Positions 1 through 12,830 of a DNA stretch of 64,000 nt are shown in pieces (the first letter of the stretch is position 1; each line of letters begins with the position of its first letter). Both the position numbers and the translations under genes were made by a program. Source of the DNA: Octopus bimaculoides (Eukaryota); NCBI RefSeq assembly GCF_001194135.2, contig NC_069005.1:33121185-33185184 (forward strand), in the 5' to 3' direction. The notes under the pieces are model-generated. The model ran no database searches. It worked only from the letters and a program-made list of their open reading frames with translations, and was not told the origin of the DNA.

Positions 1-1089
1 CGATCTAATACATCATTTATTGACGGTACAGTTTTAAATAAACATTAAACTTAATTCTATACACTATTTATTTATCGAATAAACACTTTAAACAATGTGT
101 TTCTCCTTCTCCACAGAGACGATAGAAGTGGCGGGGGCGGGGGCTGGAGAGAGAGAGAGAGAGAAATGTGATGTGAGAATGTTCATACCTTTTTCATGGT
201 CGTCACAAGTGTGACATAAATTTAATATAAGTTTTAAAAAAAAAATTAGTGTTACATCACCTCCGCCACTAACATTAATCCGTCACAGATGCCGACACCA
301 CCACCACCATATAATCCACCTAGTACCACGTAATCGCACACCATCACCACTACCTCACTACACCATCACAAACTACTAGAAATATTAACCGAATCACCCT
401 CAAATCACCTCTTACCGTCTTGAAAAAGGAAGGACATTTTTTTTTTATTGTGTACTCCTAGATACTCAATGCCCAAGAAAATGGAATGGCCATGAACGGA
501 ACACCTTATTTAGTCAGAATTTACCCCAGTCTAAACAACCACCACATTAATCCACCACTACCACACCACCGCACCACCACAGTCTACTAAGTACTACCTC
601 AATATACCAGCACCACCTCAGTATACTAGTACCACCACACCACACCATACCAGTTCCAGCACGTTGTTCCACCACTCCATACCAGCGCCATCACAACACC
701 GCCACATAATTTGTTTGCTTGTTTTTAGCCTATTAAATGTTCCAATCATTTACTGCGCCGTTGAAAAACAATAGAATGAGGTGTTTCGTAGATGGATTGA
801 CCTGTGTTTATTTAGAAACATAAAAACACACACACACACACACACAAAACAGCAAGCCATCCCGAGCCATATGCCTCTATCTACCCCCCAATTAAGTGGC
901 TTAGAGCAGTCAAGTCAGTCAGTGCCCCTCTGCTTTCTTCTACGGCGCATTTTCTATTTCCCTTCAAACACAAACCGCAGCGTAACAATTTACTATTCAC
1001 TCACACTGGAATTTTTAAAAATTCATTTCCCGTGAAATAAAAGTGTGTATATGCGCGCGTGTATAAGCATTGTACATGTGTTTGATATA

Positions 1090-1121
<32 letters not shown>

Positions 1122-1600
1122 AAAGTCAACTGCAAACATACACGTGCTATTATATACATAACATTACAATATATATTTATTGGAAAGTAATGTTAGAATA
1201 GATTATACACTGTTTAGATAGCTTCGAACATGTGTATGTAGATATGTAGATATGTGTGTGTGTGTGTGTGTGTGTGCATGCACCCACGTTTTCACTAGCA
1301 CATCTTCACACCCACCTATGCACTATATTGTGTCACACGTCATGCCCCCCCTCTACCTTCTCGCTTTAACACATCACCACCGGCCCTCCCCCCTCTTCGC
1401 TCACCGCTGGTTTGAAGAGCTTCTGTGACGATTACTCTACGTTCGCGCACACACGCACACGCACACACGCCAAGCACTTTCACTCTCTCGTTTACACGCA
1501 ATTGCATTCATTCTGATAACTCACTCCCCTGTCAGTATTATTGCCCGGAAAAAAAAAGAGTGTGTGTCGTTTTACGAGTGCAAGTTGTGTTCCTATTTAC

Positions 1601-1800
1601 CTTGTAATCTAAATATTTTATTCCGTATGTGAGGTGTTGCCTTCCGTATAACAATATCGGTGCGTGCGCGCGGGAGCGACGGAGGGCTTCGCCACACAGA
1701 TGAGTGAGCGGTAAAAACGAAAATTCACGGCCCAAGAGTTGCTGTCCTTCGATGTTCTCACTTCAATTTCTACCCCAGTTCAAGAGGTTATCCACCCGTA
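1601..1800 (-). other. Candidate non-coding alternative first exon of the - strand gene
   Basis: CpG-rich unique island (gcgtgcgcgcgggagcgacgg) ending in donor AAG|gtaaat (GT at 1600-1599); no ATG on the - strand within it. The 5' boundary is approximate. Confidence 0.3.
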
Positions 1801-2875
1801 TACGCACTGACCTATTTCACTAACCATCTTTTCTCTTTCTATTTTTTCACCCCCGCACTTTCGCTCCATCACACACACACACTATCTCTCTCTCTCTAAT
1901 CCATTTCTTCACATCCGCTTTCTCTATCTCTCCTCCACCCCCTCTTTTTTTTCGTCATTCATCATTCTGCTCCCCCCCTCCTCGTCCTTCACCCCTTTAT
2001 CTACTCAATCTCCCTTCCTTTTCCCCCTCTTCTCTCTCCACGCATCTTTTACTCCCTTGTTCTTATCTACATCACTGTCATCATCATCATCACCAGCCTC
2101 ACCCCTACCGACTTCCTCCCCCCTCTCATTCTCCACCTTCGTTCACTTTCTCCCGAACTTCTAATGATTTCTCTCTCTCTCCCTCTCATGTATTCCTTCT
2201 ACTCGGAAGCAATCTATAATATAATATAAATACATAAAATGCTGTGTGTATGTCGTATCCTGGAGATTTTTAAAAATAAACTAGTACCTTTACCACTCTC
2301 GGTACTACGAACAGACTCCTTCCAATCCGGCAATCTCGTCTTAATTGCTATTTCTAATACTTTACAGCTTCAACTCTTATCTCTCTCTATTCCCCCCTCA
2401 CCTCTTTAACTCTTTCTCCCCCCCTCTTATTTTTTCATCTTTTCTTTCCTTCTGTACTTTTCATTCAGTGTCTCTCGCTCACTTTCTCCTACCTTCTCCC
2501 TATCTGCCGTGAGTCTCATCCATTCATTCACATGATCCTTTTTCTTTCATATGATGATAATGTCTGTTGTCATTCGCCTCATCATCATCATCATCATCAT
2601 CGCCGTCGTCAGCTAACAACAGTACATTTTTCTATTTGAAGTCATTTATCCACTGCAAGTCGCAGTAAATTACGGAGGAAGAAGAGATAGTGATACAAAG
2701 CGAGGGGACGGGAACCGATGGAGGAGGGAGAGGTTGAACTGGGTTTAAAAGAGGTTATTTCATTGACCCCCCCTCTTAACACATCCTCCTCAGCCCCCCC
2801 TCTTCTACTTTTGTTGCCATTAACAAGTTTGTTGTCAGTCGATTTGTCACTTGAAAAGAAAAAAAACAAACCCAC

Positions 2876-2923
2876 TTGGAAACGGCTTTGACGGCTTCGG
2901 GCTGGAGCTATGTCTTCTGTCAT
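2876..2923 (-). CDS. Candidate first coding exon of a - strand gene: MTEDIAPARSRQSRFQ| (RFxV-motif protein, possibly SLC12/NKCC-like)
   Basis: ATG at 2923, 16 codons, donor CAA|gtgggt followed by a T-rich intron-like tract. An Inr-like TCAGT lies at 3031-3027. QSRFQ(V) matches the recalled NKCC1 N-terminal SQSRFQV. Downstream exons are not identifiable in the window. Confidence 0.4.
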
Positions 2924-3683
2924 TCGATTGCGACCATGCAGCTGTGTTTTAGCCCAACAAATCGACTACAGTACTTTTTTCTTCTTTTTTTAAAATCTGG
3001 TTAACTTTATTCAATTGCTCTCTTTTACTGAAACCGCTAGTTCACAGGAATGTAAACAAACCGACACCGGTTATTAAGCGGTGGAGAGGGGTGACAGACG
3101 CACAGATATTTGTTTATAATTAAAATAATCATACACATATACTTTTAACTATTTCACCGGCTTTAGTCAGTTAAGCATGGCTATGTTGGAGCACCGTCTT
3201 CAAAGAACTTGTGCAGGATTCCATCTCAAAACCTACCATTCATACGCATGCATATTTCCACTCCCAATTCCTTTATCATCTTCAGTCCCCACCTTCTCCA
3301 CCTCCATCATCATTCACCTTATTCTTTCTTTCCTTCTCTCTATTATTACTTTCTCATCTCCTTATATTCGTCCTTATCCACCCCTGCCCTACCCTACACA
3401 TCCCCTCTCTCTCTCTCTCTCTTCCCCCATTTGATCCTTTTCTACGCGTCTTCACTTTCTCATCCGTCTCACTCTGATCTCTTCCTCTTTCCTTATCTAT
3501 ACCTCTCCTAAAATCGATTTTAACTATAAGGAATATGATTTCGTTTATAAATCACAAACTTCACATTTAAACACACACACACACACAGACACACATCTGA
3601 ACATCTTGAGAGAGAGAGAGAGAGAGAGAGAACAGTATCAGCGTAGCTACAAGACGATGGTATCGGTTATAGTCCAGCGTGTG

Positions 3684-3723
<40 letters not shown>

Positions 3724-4287
3724 TCACTTATTGAGATTGGTGTCAATAGAATATGCTGATGAGCTGCAGTGGTGTAGGTTGGTATTGGTGGTGGTGGTGG
3801 TCAGGTAGTTTACTAGTTTAACAGCCTCATTCACAGCTATTACTGAAGCAATTTCACTACCTTTCTCTATCCATCTATTAACTTATCTCTCTCTCTCTCT
3901 CTAATATATTAATTTCTTGTGTTGTTTCCTTCTTTATTTCTCACGTCTAAGTACTATTACCAACTCCCCTCTTTCCCTCTCTTGTCAGCTCCCTTCTCTC
4001 TCTTAATATATCTACATCTCTTTCCAGTTTCTTTCTGTCTCTCCCCCCCTGCTCTGTCTATTTGTCTATCTTCTCTCTCTCTTTTTTCCTTCGGTATATA
4101 TTCTTTTATGATGTATAACCTCATCCTCTGTTAAGTTCTGTGTCTACGTCTCATTTTTCTATTTTCAGCATCTCTCTCTCTCTCTCTAGTCAAGCTCTTC
4201 TATAATTTCTCTCTCTCTCCTCTCATCTATCAAGTGCTATTTTCCCCTCCTCCTGACCCTCCACCACAAACCGATTCGCTGTTGTCG

Positions 4288-4324
<37 letters not shown>

Positions 4325-5070
4325 ACAGGGCGACACTTAGATGTACACACAGATCGGTGACTAATTATATTGCCGCCTCTTGTTCCATCTCTCAGTGATG
4401 TGTATCTAGGAGCTATTGAGACGGAGAATGGTCAGGTTTGGATAGTAACTCAGCTTACTAGTGCTGAGGTGTGCATGTTCGAGTCCCTTTGCTTGAGAGC
4501 ACTCCACCAGTCAGTCATCTTCGTAATACAAGACAACAGCTTCTTTCTCTCCCCATTCACAATAAATTCACTCGACTCTTAAAATGGATCTTTCCGAAAA
4601 CTGGTAAATTTCTACGTAGTAAAGGAAATGTTGACATTTAAAAAAACTAGATCTGATAGAGAAAGCGTGCGAATGCGTGTGTGCGTGTGTTAAATATGAA
4701 TATTCGCAGCAGTTAGTGTAAATTATGTAATAGTTAAAACATTAAAAGGTTAGTTAGAAATAATTATGCACATTCGTAATTGGGGGGGGGGCAACTGAGT
4801 AAGATTTATTAGTCGAAGGAGTCGATAGTTCGTGTCACATGTCAGCGATGCCACTCCGTTCTGAAGGCATCTTACTTCCACTGTCCCAGTTTATCTAACT
4901 GTAAATAGGTGCAACTAGCGTAGCTCAGAGCTGGGCTGCACGGGTCCCTTTACGTATTTTGTACGAAGAGAGGGTAGGTTTTGCGAGAACGGGACTCCCT
5001 CCAAATATATTATAATTAAGATTGAAATAAAGGTGATAGTGGTGGGGCTTAACGAGGGTGTTTTCCTTAC

Positions 5071-5350
5071 CTTTCACACCTCTACAGGTTAAAATTGCGA
5101 CAGACATGCAAAGCTGTAAACCACTGAGAATCAAGGGGTTTCGGCTATATGAAAACCACTGATTCAGCGCCCATGCCGGAGCACCAATCACCGACGCCTC
5201 CTTTAATCTGTGTTGTCTGCACCACCACCATCCACGTACATGTCTCTTTGTGTTGATGGTTCTACGAGCTAAGCTTGTGTTCTCTCTAAGGGTTCGCAAC
5301 AGTAAAGCAATATCACACACACACCTACAGAGTGAGGAAGCGGAAGTAAA
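5071..5350 (-). promoter_or_regulatory. Candidate promoter and first exon of the - strand gene
   Basis: Tandem ETS-type motif GAGGAAGCGGAAGT (5334-5347), CpG-rich unique sequence and a strong donor AAG|gtaagg (GT at 5070-5069). A possible ATG at 5107 gives MSVAILTCRGVK + 1 nt. Confidence 0.35.
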
Positions 5351-5933
5351 AACGAAATAATAATCGATGCTGGAAATATTGTTGGAATGATATTTGTGGG
5401 TGGGTAGGTGGGGAGGAGAGGCTCATAACAGTAACAGGTGCCCGCTAAGTGTCTGTTCACTGTGACACGGCGAGTGTCACGGCTAGCCACAGGTCAGTTA
5501 GGACTAAGCAGGCCTGTGATCAAAAAGCATTCCGACTTCAGCCATTGGTCTATTTTTTTAAATATATATTTGTGTATAGACATAATGTATCTTGGATCAC
5601 ATAATCGATAGTATGCGTTTTTTTAATACGACAGGGTGTGATTTGAGGGCAGATTTATTTAGCTGTTATCTCTAGCAGACTGAGCGACCACGTTTGAAGC
5701 TTCCTGCTGATGTTGTTGGGTAGATATTGGCAGAGGTTCGAACTTATTTTGGTTGGTGCGACCCACCCAAAAGAATAGTAGAACAGGCAGACAGACTTCT
5801 TGTCTGGGAATTCTCGCTTATCTTTCGCTACTACTCCGCCTTCGCCCACCACCTCCACTTGTAAATAAGAGAAGTGGGTAAACGGCGATCGTCCGAGGCT
5901 GAACCACTTTTGCGTGTGAAAAGGTTTGGGCTT

Positions 5934-6217
5934 TGACGTCAATGTTACACACACACACACACACACACTTTTATAGTTTCTAGGTCGGCAACAACAACAT
6001 CCGTCTTGAAAAGAAATATAATGGAAAAACGGAGAAAATATTCATTACTAAAATACCAGCAGCGACGACATTATTAATAAACACAACGAAACGATACCAT
6101 TTTGGGACAATGGTCATCGAAACTAGAGGCTGGATTTTGTATTTGAAATAGTAGGTGTGTAGGTTGTGTTGAAAAAGCCGCGCATACATGACGTCAGAAT
6201 TACGGCTGTTACGTCAT
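5934..6217. promoter_or_regulatory. Cluster of CRE/ATF sites with a TATA box
   Basis: Perfect TGACGTCA at 5934-5941 and 6189-6196, TTACGTCAT at 6209-6217, and TATAAAAG on the - strand at 5975-5968. Confidence 0.5.
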
Positions 6218-8960
6218 GGCTACCAAACAGAGAGAACGGAGCCACAATTTCGCCTACGAAATTTTTTAAGGTTCAGTTATTTATGTTTGATTTTTTTTAA
6301 AGGGTGTTCGGTGATTTTTCTCGTTTCGAGAAAACCCCCTATTTAACCATATATATATATAGCTATGTGTCAAAAAATAAATTGTTTTTCAAAATATTTT
6401 TCTGTTTTTTTTTTTTTTTCGGGTACTCCCACAGAATTGCCCAGTTTTAAATCGATATATATTTTAAATAATTGATACAAGGAGCCCCTATTCCGAGGGT
6501 AGAAAACCTGTTTATTATCAGAAGTGAATTACAGGACTACAGGGTGTGTATGAGCACGTGGTAGTGGGGATCGTCTGTGTTGGGAAAAATAAGTTTGATT
6601 TTACAAATTTATAAATACGTAACTTAAATTCTTGTTTTGGTTTGAAGACTTGGGCCAGAAACTTCGTTAGCGAGTGATTTCAAATTTGAACTTAGCGAAA
6701 TTTCGCTCATGGCTGGTGGAATGAGCGGGTGTTAATTCTCCATCCCTCCGGCGGTACAGTCGACCTGTTAGAAATCACAGCTAAGTTTCCTGATATTACG
6801 CTGTGTCGTCTTTAATATAAAGAGACGATGAACCCCAAAATATAAAGCACATTGGATGGTTATAGTGAGATTGCATTTGATCAGAGGGTTGATTACTCAA
6901 CTAGTGCTGACCTGGGGCTAAACAGAAATAAAAGATCTGTAAGAAAAATAACCAGTAAAAATCCAGGTTCACGTTTCCTGTTACAGCGTTAGCAAATCAC
7001 AATGAGATAAATGTACAATAATAAACAATTATTTACAATAATGACTATTGAGGATGGAATTAATAGAGCTTTAGTTCCCACTCCACGGCAATTCCTGCTG
7101 CAAAGCGAACCCTCACTGAAACCGGGACAATTTTTTTCTTTTTAAATAAAGAAATCCTTGTTTTAGCATTATCGAGAAATGAAACGGTCTGATTGGATAA
7201 CAGTTTGATGGGTATTCAATCAGCATTGCTCGTCGGTAAATATTCGGGTGAATGTGTCGTCTTTCCTCTTTTAGTGCCCCTATTCAGACCAGATTCCCTC
7301 CCTATAATTCCCCGTTTACTCACTACCCATGTTCCCAGCCTCATCAGTCCCACTTCCACTCAGAGGATGAAGGGAGGTCTTGCAAAGGTCGTAAGGTACT
7401 GGCCCTCTTTCCTCTAGCTTATGAAACTAAACATGCTTTGTCATGAAGCAAACGTTAGTTGCTCCCTTCGCCCCCCTGTATCGCTGAAAATATTACGCTT
7501 TGCCCTAATCCTGTGAACATTTATGGTGTGTAAAGGGGACGACAATCCGTTCAGCATTATCATCACACTGTACATTCTGTGGTTATTTAACCCTTGAGGA
7601 GATCTGTCAAGTGTCATAGTGTATCTGGGACTGTTCAATATGACCCTTTTAATTGAAGACTGTAGGGTGCGGTTTGAGGAAGATTTGACCATTTGTAATA
7701 GACCAAGCGACGATATAGCTTGTGCTACAAATATTTCACTGACCCCTGCTCGACAGTATACTAAATTCTACTTCACCTTTCCTAATTACCGGGAGTAGAT
7801 TAATAGTGTGCCATTGTTGAACTCTCTCTGAACACATAATCCAAGGAGGCTGTTGTTCACGAATGCAGGACATTAAATTACCATACAAAGAGATTCTCTG
7901 GGGACATCACTCAAGATAGACTAGCATTTTATACAGGTAGACACTTTATTTTTCACCAGTTTAACGGAGTAGAATCTGGAGTCAATATCAGAGTGTTGGT
8001 GATACTTAACAAAGAATTTGATTTAACTCCAATTATACTGCTGGCATTTCTTTTAACTGACCACAAATCGATGGAGAATATCCTAAGGACCTCCCACCTC
8101 CAGTGGGGCTGAAACCCCAAAATGCCCGACCCATCAACAAATTTGTCTCATGTCAAACAAATCGTAATTGTGTGTGTGTGTGTGATTTGCTTATAAAGCT
8201 TCGTAAATGTGAATGGAATTGTAATTGAAGATTTTAGAGATGTGAAGGATCTCTGGAATAATGTTACTTGAGAGAGCGCATAGCTCATAGCTCTAGGTTC
8301 AGCCGCTCCTTCTCTACATTGAGAGGTCACAAAGTTAATCCAGCCCAAGGTTAATCCAGCCCAAGGTTAATCCAAGAGGTTACAGTATTCAATTCACGAT
8401 CGTAATGCCGTGAGTTCGAGCAGGACATTTTATTTCACGTTGCTCCAGTCCACTCAGATGGCAAAAATGAGTTGCACCTGTACTTCAAAAGGGCCAACCT
8501 TGTCACTTTCTGTGTACCGCTGAATCTCCCTGGGAACTACGTTAAGAGTACGTGCATTTATGGAGTATTCAGCCATTTGCACGTTCATTTCACGAGCAGG
8601 CTGTTTTGTTGATCGGATCAACTACAAACCTTGCCGTTGTAATTTGCTTTTGAATTTTGATAGAATAGGTCTATAATGGAAGGCATTCCAGTCGTGAAAG
8701 ATCCTTCATTTTCAAAGCTGAAGAGGGCCGATTTCTTTTAGGTCCACCAGCCATATTGGCGCACCTGCGTTAGTCCATCTTTTTATAAAAAGCAGTTTCC
8801 TGTAATTGGGGTAGAAACGATCTCTGAGACAAACCAATGAAAGAAAGTCCCAACAAGGTCACTCGATCGACAAGAAAAAGCAACCATAATCCTGGATACA
8901 CCATGTTTGAATAAATGACTGAAGCAGTCACTGATGGAGCGCACTCACACATTTATACAA

Positions 8961-9119
8961 CGGGCTTCTTTCAGTTTCCTCCTACTAAATCCACTCCTAA
9001 GGCTTTGGTCGGCCCGAGGCTGTAGCAGAAGTCACTTGCCCAAGGTGCCACGCAGTGGAACTGAACCTGGAGCCACGTGTTTGGAAAGTAAACTTCTTAC
9101 AACACAGCCACACCTGCGC
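8961..9119 (-). mobile_element. SINE family A copy
   Basis: Reverse complement of the family A head: cgggcttctttcagtttcc...cacttgcccaaggtgccacgcagtgg...acacagccacacctgcgc. Confidence 0.85.
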
Positions 9120-9431
9120 TTATATTAAAAACCAAAACAATAATAACAAAATAAATAATCCAGTGAAATTATCTGAAGAAACAAGTCTGTTATTAGCAAA
9201 TAATTAGAAACGATTCTGGATACAGTCACATCCAATGGAATATAAGGATTTTGTGAGGACCTTAAGCGGAGCGAAAGTCAACGAAGCTGGAAACTACTTC
9301 ACTTCTATTTCAGCTGGTTACAACTGTTGCTTCTCCCGAACCCCTTCTCCCCCTCATTCATTCAACCCTCACCTCCTACCTTGCTCAGCAGCCCCATCCC
9401 TCCCATGTCGACCCTCATTGTGCAAAACTTA

Positions 9432-9487
<56 letters not shown>

Positions 9488-12400
9488 CTATATTTCTGGA
9501 ATAGTTACCCTGGACTGTATATTCCAATGCGCTCTTTTTAAAGACGGCGTGGTTTAAAGGTAGATTGGTTGCTATTTCTAGCATGTCGAGCGACCACAAA
9601 GATGCTCTACCGTTGGGTCGTAGGTTTGCTCATTCAATCCAGTCTATAACATCCGTTTACTACCAATGTGCCGCATCAGACGTGTGTGCTGTATATATGG
9701 TCAGCAGGTGTGCCACGAGTTTTTAAAACCTGTGTTTGTTTCACGCACCACAATTGGTGCATGTGTATTTCTCTGGTAAAGTGCAATGTGTCTTGCGTTT
9801 GTCCTATATTTCAAAACAATGTCGATATTTGTTTTTGCATAAAAATAAAACTTTAAAAATGCTGTTGGTGTTTCGTGACTGTTTCAGTGTCTTTTGCACT
9901 TTAACAATGGTTTGAGAAAAAAAAACAAAAAACAAAAGGGATTAGAAATCGTTGCAATGAAACACAAACACAATCTTTATCCAGACGCTCCAATGTAGCT
10001 TAAAAGTGCTGCAAACCTGTTTCGAAAACAAGGGGATGTTTTATGCAATCGCTCAGCTTGCCAGGAATAACAGCCACGTCTCCTTCGAATCACACCCAAC
10101 GATGGGATGGCCACAATTGAAACGTCTTTGATTATCGGTGTTTACGCAATCGGGCTCGTTTGAACAACATCGATCACACAGGCGCGCGTGCACGCACCAA
10201 CTTACACATTTGGTCAATGGACTTCGTTCGCAAACAATGGCCTTTCTCTCTCTCTCTCTCTTTCACTCTTTCTTTTTCACTCACTCACACAACACTATTT
10301 CTGTCTTCTACGTACTCGTCCATGGTCATTTGACGATACTTTTGTTTCTCACACACACACAAACACACGCCTATAGTCATTTTGACGATACGTTTCTCTC
10401 TCTCTCTCTCTCTCTCTCTCATGCACACATGTGGTACCATGTGCAGGTACGGCAATTAATTTTCGCCGGAGACATCAAGGGTCACGACCCTGTTTAGTTG
10501 CATCAAGTTGCATATAACAGCGTTTTTACGTTGCACCACGATTTGAGAAAATAGGAAGAGGTGAAGCCGAGGCGCCGCCGCCGTTCTTAACCCCATACGG
10601 ACGAAAGGCGTGTTCAACATATATGTATATACACACACATACATATATAATCAGTTGGGCCTCGGATAAAATACCTTGTGGTATTTACTTGGAGTAATGT
10701 TACTTGACAGGGTCAAGACACACTGTCTGAGTTCAGATGCTACCAGATTGACTTTGCTTTCGCCATACCGAGATCGATAAAATAAGTATGTCTACAAAAA
10801 AATAAAAAAAACTGTATGGATGCATACATATATATATACATGACAGACACGCCGCACACACTAACATCTATAATATGGGTACATTGAAATATGTGCCTTG
10901 ATATATTAATCGAAGATGATAGATAGATCTAATAAAAGGAGATCAGTTAAGTTAAGATTTCGTTTCATTAAGTGTCGCATCGCTGCTCGTATAAATAGAT
11001 CAGTTGAATATCATTTTTATAAACTGATAGAGCTCTGCACCACCACCACCACCCTCGGCATTCTCTCTCTCTCTCTCTCTCCACACCACCATCTCCCGCC
11101 TCTGTGACATTCTCTCTCTCGCCGTGACTGTATTCCCTCTCTCTCTCTCCGTGGTTCTTTTTCTCTTTCTCTCTCTCCCCCTCTTCCCGTGCTTCTCTCT
11201 CTCTCTCATTTTGTTTTCTGGTACATTAGCACTTACAACAACTGGGCAGAGATCATACGTTCGAGGTGAAAACTAAACACACACACACACACACACACGT
11301 ACAATTATTACCCTCTCACTATCTCCCTCTCCCTTTCTCTCTAGATTTTTTTTTAACAATCTCCCCCTTTCTCTCTCTCTTGTTCTTACGATTTCCCTCT
11401 TTCTCTCTCTCTCTCTCTCCTATATCTTTCCTCTCTATCTCTTTTCTGCAATTTCTTCTTCTTTCGCTCTCCTATACTCTCTCTCTCTCTTATGTAGTTC
11501 TTTGTTTTCTCTCTCCATCTTTTTTCCGTAGTTCCTCCATTTCCCTCCTTTTCTCCCCACTTTCTGTCTCTCCCCTCCGTTTGTCCTCCCTCCCTTCCTC
11601 CCTCCCCTACTTCCTTTATTCCTCTCTTTCCCCTAATTCCTTGTCCTCATCACATCAAATCCCATTTACTTCGCCAATTCGTTTATTCGTTATTTTTCTC
11701 GTCTTCCCATCTTTATGAATGTGAAAGTTTGCTCTTTTCTCTGTATGTAAAAGAAATAGGCTTTAGTAGTAGTAGTAGTAGACCAACATATTGCTGTTTG
11801 TCCCCAGCTCAGCCCTGGTAAAGCAAACCTGTGGTCAAAAGCATTCAAGCAACGACCCTCTCGTTTAAAGATAGTAGGGTTTCATTCGAAAGAGATTTGA
11901 CTGCTATATCTAGCAAATCGAGCAACCATGTAGACTCCCTTGTTGGCTCATGTACTGCATGTTAACCCCAGATCAACCCTGACATTCAGCAAGTCGATGA
12001 TCAAAGACGTTCCAACCATGACGACCATGTTATTTATTAAGGACGTGCAGGACCGTTTTATCCTAATTTCTTTTCTGTATTTAAGACGATCGAGTGTGCG
12101 AGTTGATAAATGGACAATAGGCTGTTACTTCTAATAGATCGAGTAACTGCCGAGAAGGGGGTCCCTGCGGTTCGTGTGGCTCGCCCTTGTTGTCTGCAAG
12201 GGCGATGCGGTGGTTTGACGAAAGGGGGCGGGGGTCAGACGAGAATGAAATATTTTACAAAAGCGAAAGCGAATCTGGTGCAAATTTGCTGATCATTAAT
12301 TAAATGACGGTGGCGGCGGCGGTGAAATGTAATACCTGGATATCCCCCCCCCTCATCAACTTGATGTTCTGCTACTTGAAACTACGGACTGCTGCCTCTC

Positions 12401-12589
12401 TCACTGCACCATCACACCCTCTCTTATCAATTCCACTACCATTATACCAATTTCTGTCACACACCAACCACTCCACACACATCTCTCTTTCCTTCCAGCT
12501 TCTCCCCCCCACACCTCACACTTGATTCCGCTCAACATTACTGGGCGACGAGAACAACAACAACAACAACATCAATAACAACGGACAAG

Positions 12590-12830
12590 CTGTTGTCATA
12601 TGGCTCCAGGTCAACCCCGATCAAGTTGATCATAGGTCACTATGATCAAAGGTGTTCTACCTATGACCATCTCGTCCTGTCTTTTTTTTTTCTTCTTTTT
12701 GGAAATAATATATCTAAGATTATTCATTCGATGTGTCCTTTATTTTTTAAAGATGGTCGTGTGTGTTTTGAGAGATATCTGGCTGCTATTTTTAGTAGAT
12801 AAAGTGATCACCCATCATTGGTTCTACGTG
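12590..12830 (+). repeat. Dispersed ~250-bp repeat family C (unclassified)
   Basis: Shared caggtcaacc...tatgatcaaagg...aagatggt...tgatttgag...ggctgctatttctag block. It recurs at ~378-540 (-), ~5490-5700, ~9540-9625, ~11790-11945, ~17105-17280, ~42085-42300 (-) and ~54065-54305. Confidence 0.7.

Noticed and set aside
5460-5486. 9-bp hairpin followed by CTAG as a Helitron end
   Set aside because: CTAG is immediately adjacent to the stem and followed by C rather than T; no Helitron body.
8770-8952. Small hydrophobic ORF MVYPGLWLLFLVDRV... on the - strand
   Set aside because: No recognisable family, promoter or splice support; its length is expected by chance.
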